Source: a virus (taxonomy: Duplodnaviria; Caudoviricetes). Taken from it: a stretch of DNA of 37,691 nucleotides. The notes beneath the pieces were generated by a model. That model worked only from the letters and a program-made list of their open reading frames with translations, ran no database searches and was not told where the DNA came from. This document shows, in pieces, positions 36,002 through 37,691 of this stretch. The position numbers were made by a program, and so were the translations under genes. Positions within the stretch are counted from its first letter, which is position 1. Every line of letters begins with the position of its first letter. Location of the stretch: the IMG/VR virus record IMGVR_UViG_3300034056_000018, positions 1-37,691 of that record. One strand, given 5' to 3'.

Positions 36002-36095
36002 TAGTATTTGGAATAATTTTTTAATTTTTCTGGAATATTTTTTTATATATTGGTTACAATAATAGTATCCTCAGTTTCGAAATACATTATACTTT

Positions 36096-36126
36096 AGAGG
36101 TATGTTGTAGCATACCTCTTTTTTTT
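36096..36126. terminator. intrinsic terminator hairpin
   Basis: AGAGGTATG/CATACCTCT stem; T run on the plus strand. Confidence 0.7.
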
Positions 36127-36149
36127 ACGTCCTATTATTGTATGGCGAA
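36126..36149 (-). repeat. 24-bp cassette-boundary site E: TTCGCCAT ACAATAAT AGGACGTA
   Basis: 3 nt after the stop of the 67-aa gene; right arm identical to site C. Confidence 0.7.
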
Positions 36150-36152
36150 TCA

Positions 36153-36356
36153 TTATTCAATAATTTCAACACTATCAATTTCATTAAAGTGTAACGATAG
36201 ATTATCTTCAAATTGCACACTACCGTCGCCTACAAAACGTACAATACCCTGAATAACAGTACCTTTTAAGCTTGTTAGTCTTACATTTTGATTTTTTCTT
36301 AATACGATATTTCTATTTTCATCAACCAAAACTATCTCGTTTCTAAATTTTTTCAC
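36153..36356 (-). CDS. 67-aa hypothetical protein (putative cassette gene)
   Basis: GGAGGTG RBS; flanked by sites F and E. Confidence 0.7.
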   Translation of the reverse strand: MKKFRNEIVLVDENRNIVLRKNQNVRLTSLKGTVIQGIVRFVGDGSVQFEDNLSLHFNEIDSVEIIE

Positions 36357-36370
36357 TTCACACCTCCATG

Positions 36371-36394
36371 TTCACCCTATATTCATATTTTTCA
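36371..36394 (-). repeat. 24-bp cassette-boundary site F: TGAAAAAT ATGAATAT AGGGTGAA
   Basis: Just before the RBS; left arm 7/8 to sites C and G, right arm 7/8 to site A. Confidence 0.65.
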
Positions 36395-36407
36395 TTTGAC
36401 TACATTC

Positions 36408-36491
36408 CTAATACTTAATTGAAACTAGCATCATTATAACCATAGTCCATAACACCACACATGGTATCCCCACCATTAAATCTCTTTTCAT
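36408..36491 (-). CDS. 27-aa hydrophobic peptide MKRDLMVGIPCVVLWTMVIMMLVSIKY
   Basis: AAGGGGG RBS upstream; single TM. Confidence 0.45.
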   Translation of the reverse strand: MKRDLMVGIPCVVLWTMVIMMLVSIKY

Positions 36492-36526
36492 CCCTTTATC
36501 CCCCTTTACGGGAGGTTTTAACCTCC

Positions 36527-37099
36527 CTATTCTTCTACTATTCTACTCGCCCACATGTCACTAAAGTGAAGTATCATTTGAAGCGGTGTTTCCTTACCTT
36601 GTAACTGATATTTTAAATCTGAGTACATTCCATTGTGGTGTAGTATTGCGAAGTTTTCTTCCTCTGTAAGCTCTATAAACTGTGATATAATTTGAATTGA
36701 TCTTATTTCGTGCGGTATTGGGAGTAAATCTTTATTAGTTTCATAAGGCTTCTTGTCTGATTGAATAAAACCACCTTTTCTATCACTTATCATATTAGGT
36801 GTGTAATTAGGTTTCCCAAACTGTCCTGCCTTTCCTAAGTCGTGTAATAGTGAAACTATTCTCCATGAATCATAATGTCCTATTAAATGTTTAGGTGTAT
36901 TAATCATCAAGTTATGAAGTCCACTATTGCCCACCTCATAAACATTCAAACTGTGTTCAACCAAACCACCCTCTTTACAAAGGTGGTATTGACCGCTACA
37001 TGGTGCAGTAAAGAATCCGTTGTTATCCATCCATTCAATTAAGTTTTCCATTCCGAATCTTTTAGTACTCATTAATAATTCAACTATTTTTTCTCTCAT
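36527..37099 (-). CDS. HD-domain phosphohydrolase
   Basis: FFTAP.S..YH...GGLVEHSLNV, LLHDLGK, AILHHNG, LHFSD. Confidence 0.88.
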   Translation of the reverse strand: MREKIVELLMSTKRFGMENLIEWMDNNGFFTAPCSGQYHLCKEGGLVEHSLNVYEVGNSGLHNLMINTPKHLIGHYDSWRIVSLLHDLGKAGQFGKPNYTPNMISDRKGGFIQSDKKPYETNKDLLPIPHEIRSIQIISQFIELTEEENFAILHHNGMYSDLKYQLQGKETPLQMILHFSDMWASRIVEE

Positions 37100-37689
37100 T
37101 ATTTAGCACCTCCTGCATTTTCTAACCTATTACATAACTCGTCATATTCTTCCTTAGTTAAATCAGCTATTTCAACCTTGTTATAACTCTTAGTTATTGA
37201 ACTTTTTATCTGTGCTAATGTTATGCCCTTGCTCTTACCTATCGCAATCGCTCTATTTACTTGTTTATCGCTTAGTTTTACATTTGGTAATGTATTTGTA
37301 TTACCTTGCTCTTTATTCTCTCCTGAGGGCTTATAATCGTTTTTAGAGCTATCACTACCATGAACCGCATCTAACGCATCGTGTTCAACTATTTCAAAGG
37401 CATTTACGTATAAGTATCTTCTAAGATAAGTTTGAACTGCTCCAAGATTTTGCACATCGTGGCAGCCTTTTAAGTTGGCACTAGACATTGGAGAAGTGAA
37501 TTGTATTTGTTCCTCTGGCTTTTCACTATTTACTAGCGTTAATACTGCTAACTCAGTACCAAAGTTTATAAAGCTGCTCATTTTGTTATTCTTCATTATC
37601 ACGTTGATAGCGGGTAAAAAATCACCTAGTTCAAAGTAGTCATATCCCGCAAACTTATTATTACCGCTTTTCTTTAATGATGTATTCTG
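37099..37689 (-). CDS. ERF family single-strand annealing protein (5'-truncated at the window edge)
   Basis: Frame open to the edge: KKSG.NKFAGYDYFELGDFLP...QNLGAVQTYLRRYLY..AFEI. Confidence 0.85.
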   Translation of the reverse strand, partial: QNTSLKKSGNNKFAGYDYFELGDFLPAINVIMKNNKMSSFINFGTELAVLTLVNSEKPEEQIQFTSPMSSANLKGCHDVQNLGAVQTYLRRYLYVNAFEIVEHDALDAVHGSDSSKNDYKPSGENKEQGNTNTLPNVKLSDKQVNRAIAIGKSKGITLAQIKSSITKSYNKVEIADLTKEEYDELCNRLENAGGAK

Positions 37690-37691
37690 CA

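Larger units (their letters stand above)
1..37691. mobile_element. temperate short-tailed phage / phage-plasmid of a Firmicute, partial genome
   Basis: Complete packaging, head, short-tail, lysis and replication modules plus ParM/ParR, VirD4 and MobV; no host housekeeping genes. Confidence 0.85.

Noticed and set aside
1-37691. Integrase, CI-type repressor, tRNA or rRNA genes, att sites
   Set aside because: None recognisable in the window; they may lie outside it, so absence from the whole element is not established.

Overview
The window holds most of a temperate phage genome from a low-GC Firmicute (Clostridia-like) host. Almost all of it is on the minus strand. From right to left: ERF recombinase, HD hydrolase, replisome organiser with phased iterons, DnaB helicase, DNA methyltransferase, SSB, MazG-like, HNH-like and DUF1064 genes, a late activator, a J-domain moron, terminase, portal, scaffold, capsid, fibre/spike genes, adaptor, nozzle, ejection proteins and a lysis cassette. 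No tape-measure or sheath gene is seen, so the virion is probably short-tailed. Where an integrase would normally follow the lysis genes there is a plasmid block instead: ParM/ParR partitioning, a VirD4-type coupling protein and a MobV (Pre) relaxase, pointing to a probably mobilisable phage-plasmid. The strongest unannotated signal is a family of nine degenerate 24-bp sites with 8-bp arm / 8-bp spacer / 8-bp arm geometry (ideal about TTCGCAAT-N8-ATTGCGAA). They sit at gene ends, separate the small genes of the left-end array, and flank three single genes in the early region as direct repeats. This looks like a site-specific-recombinase gene-cassette system whose recombinase is not in the window. 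All family assignments come from motif recognition by eye; no database searches were run.
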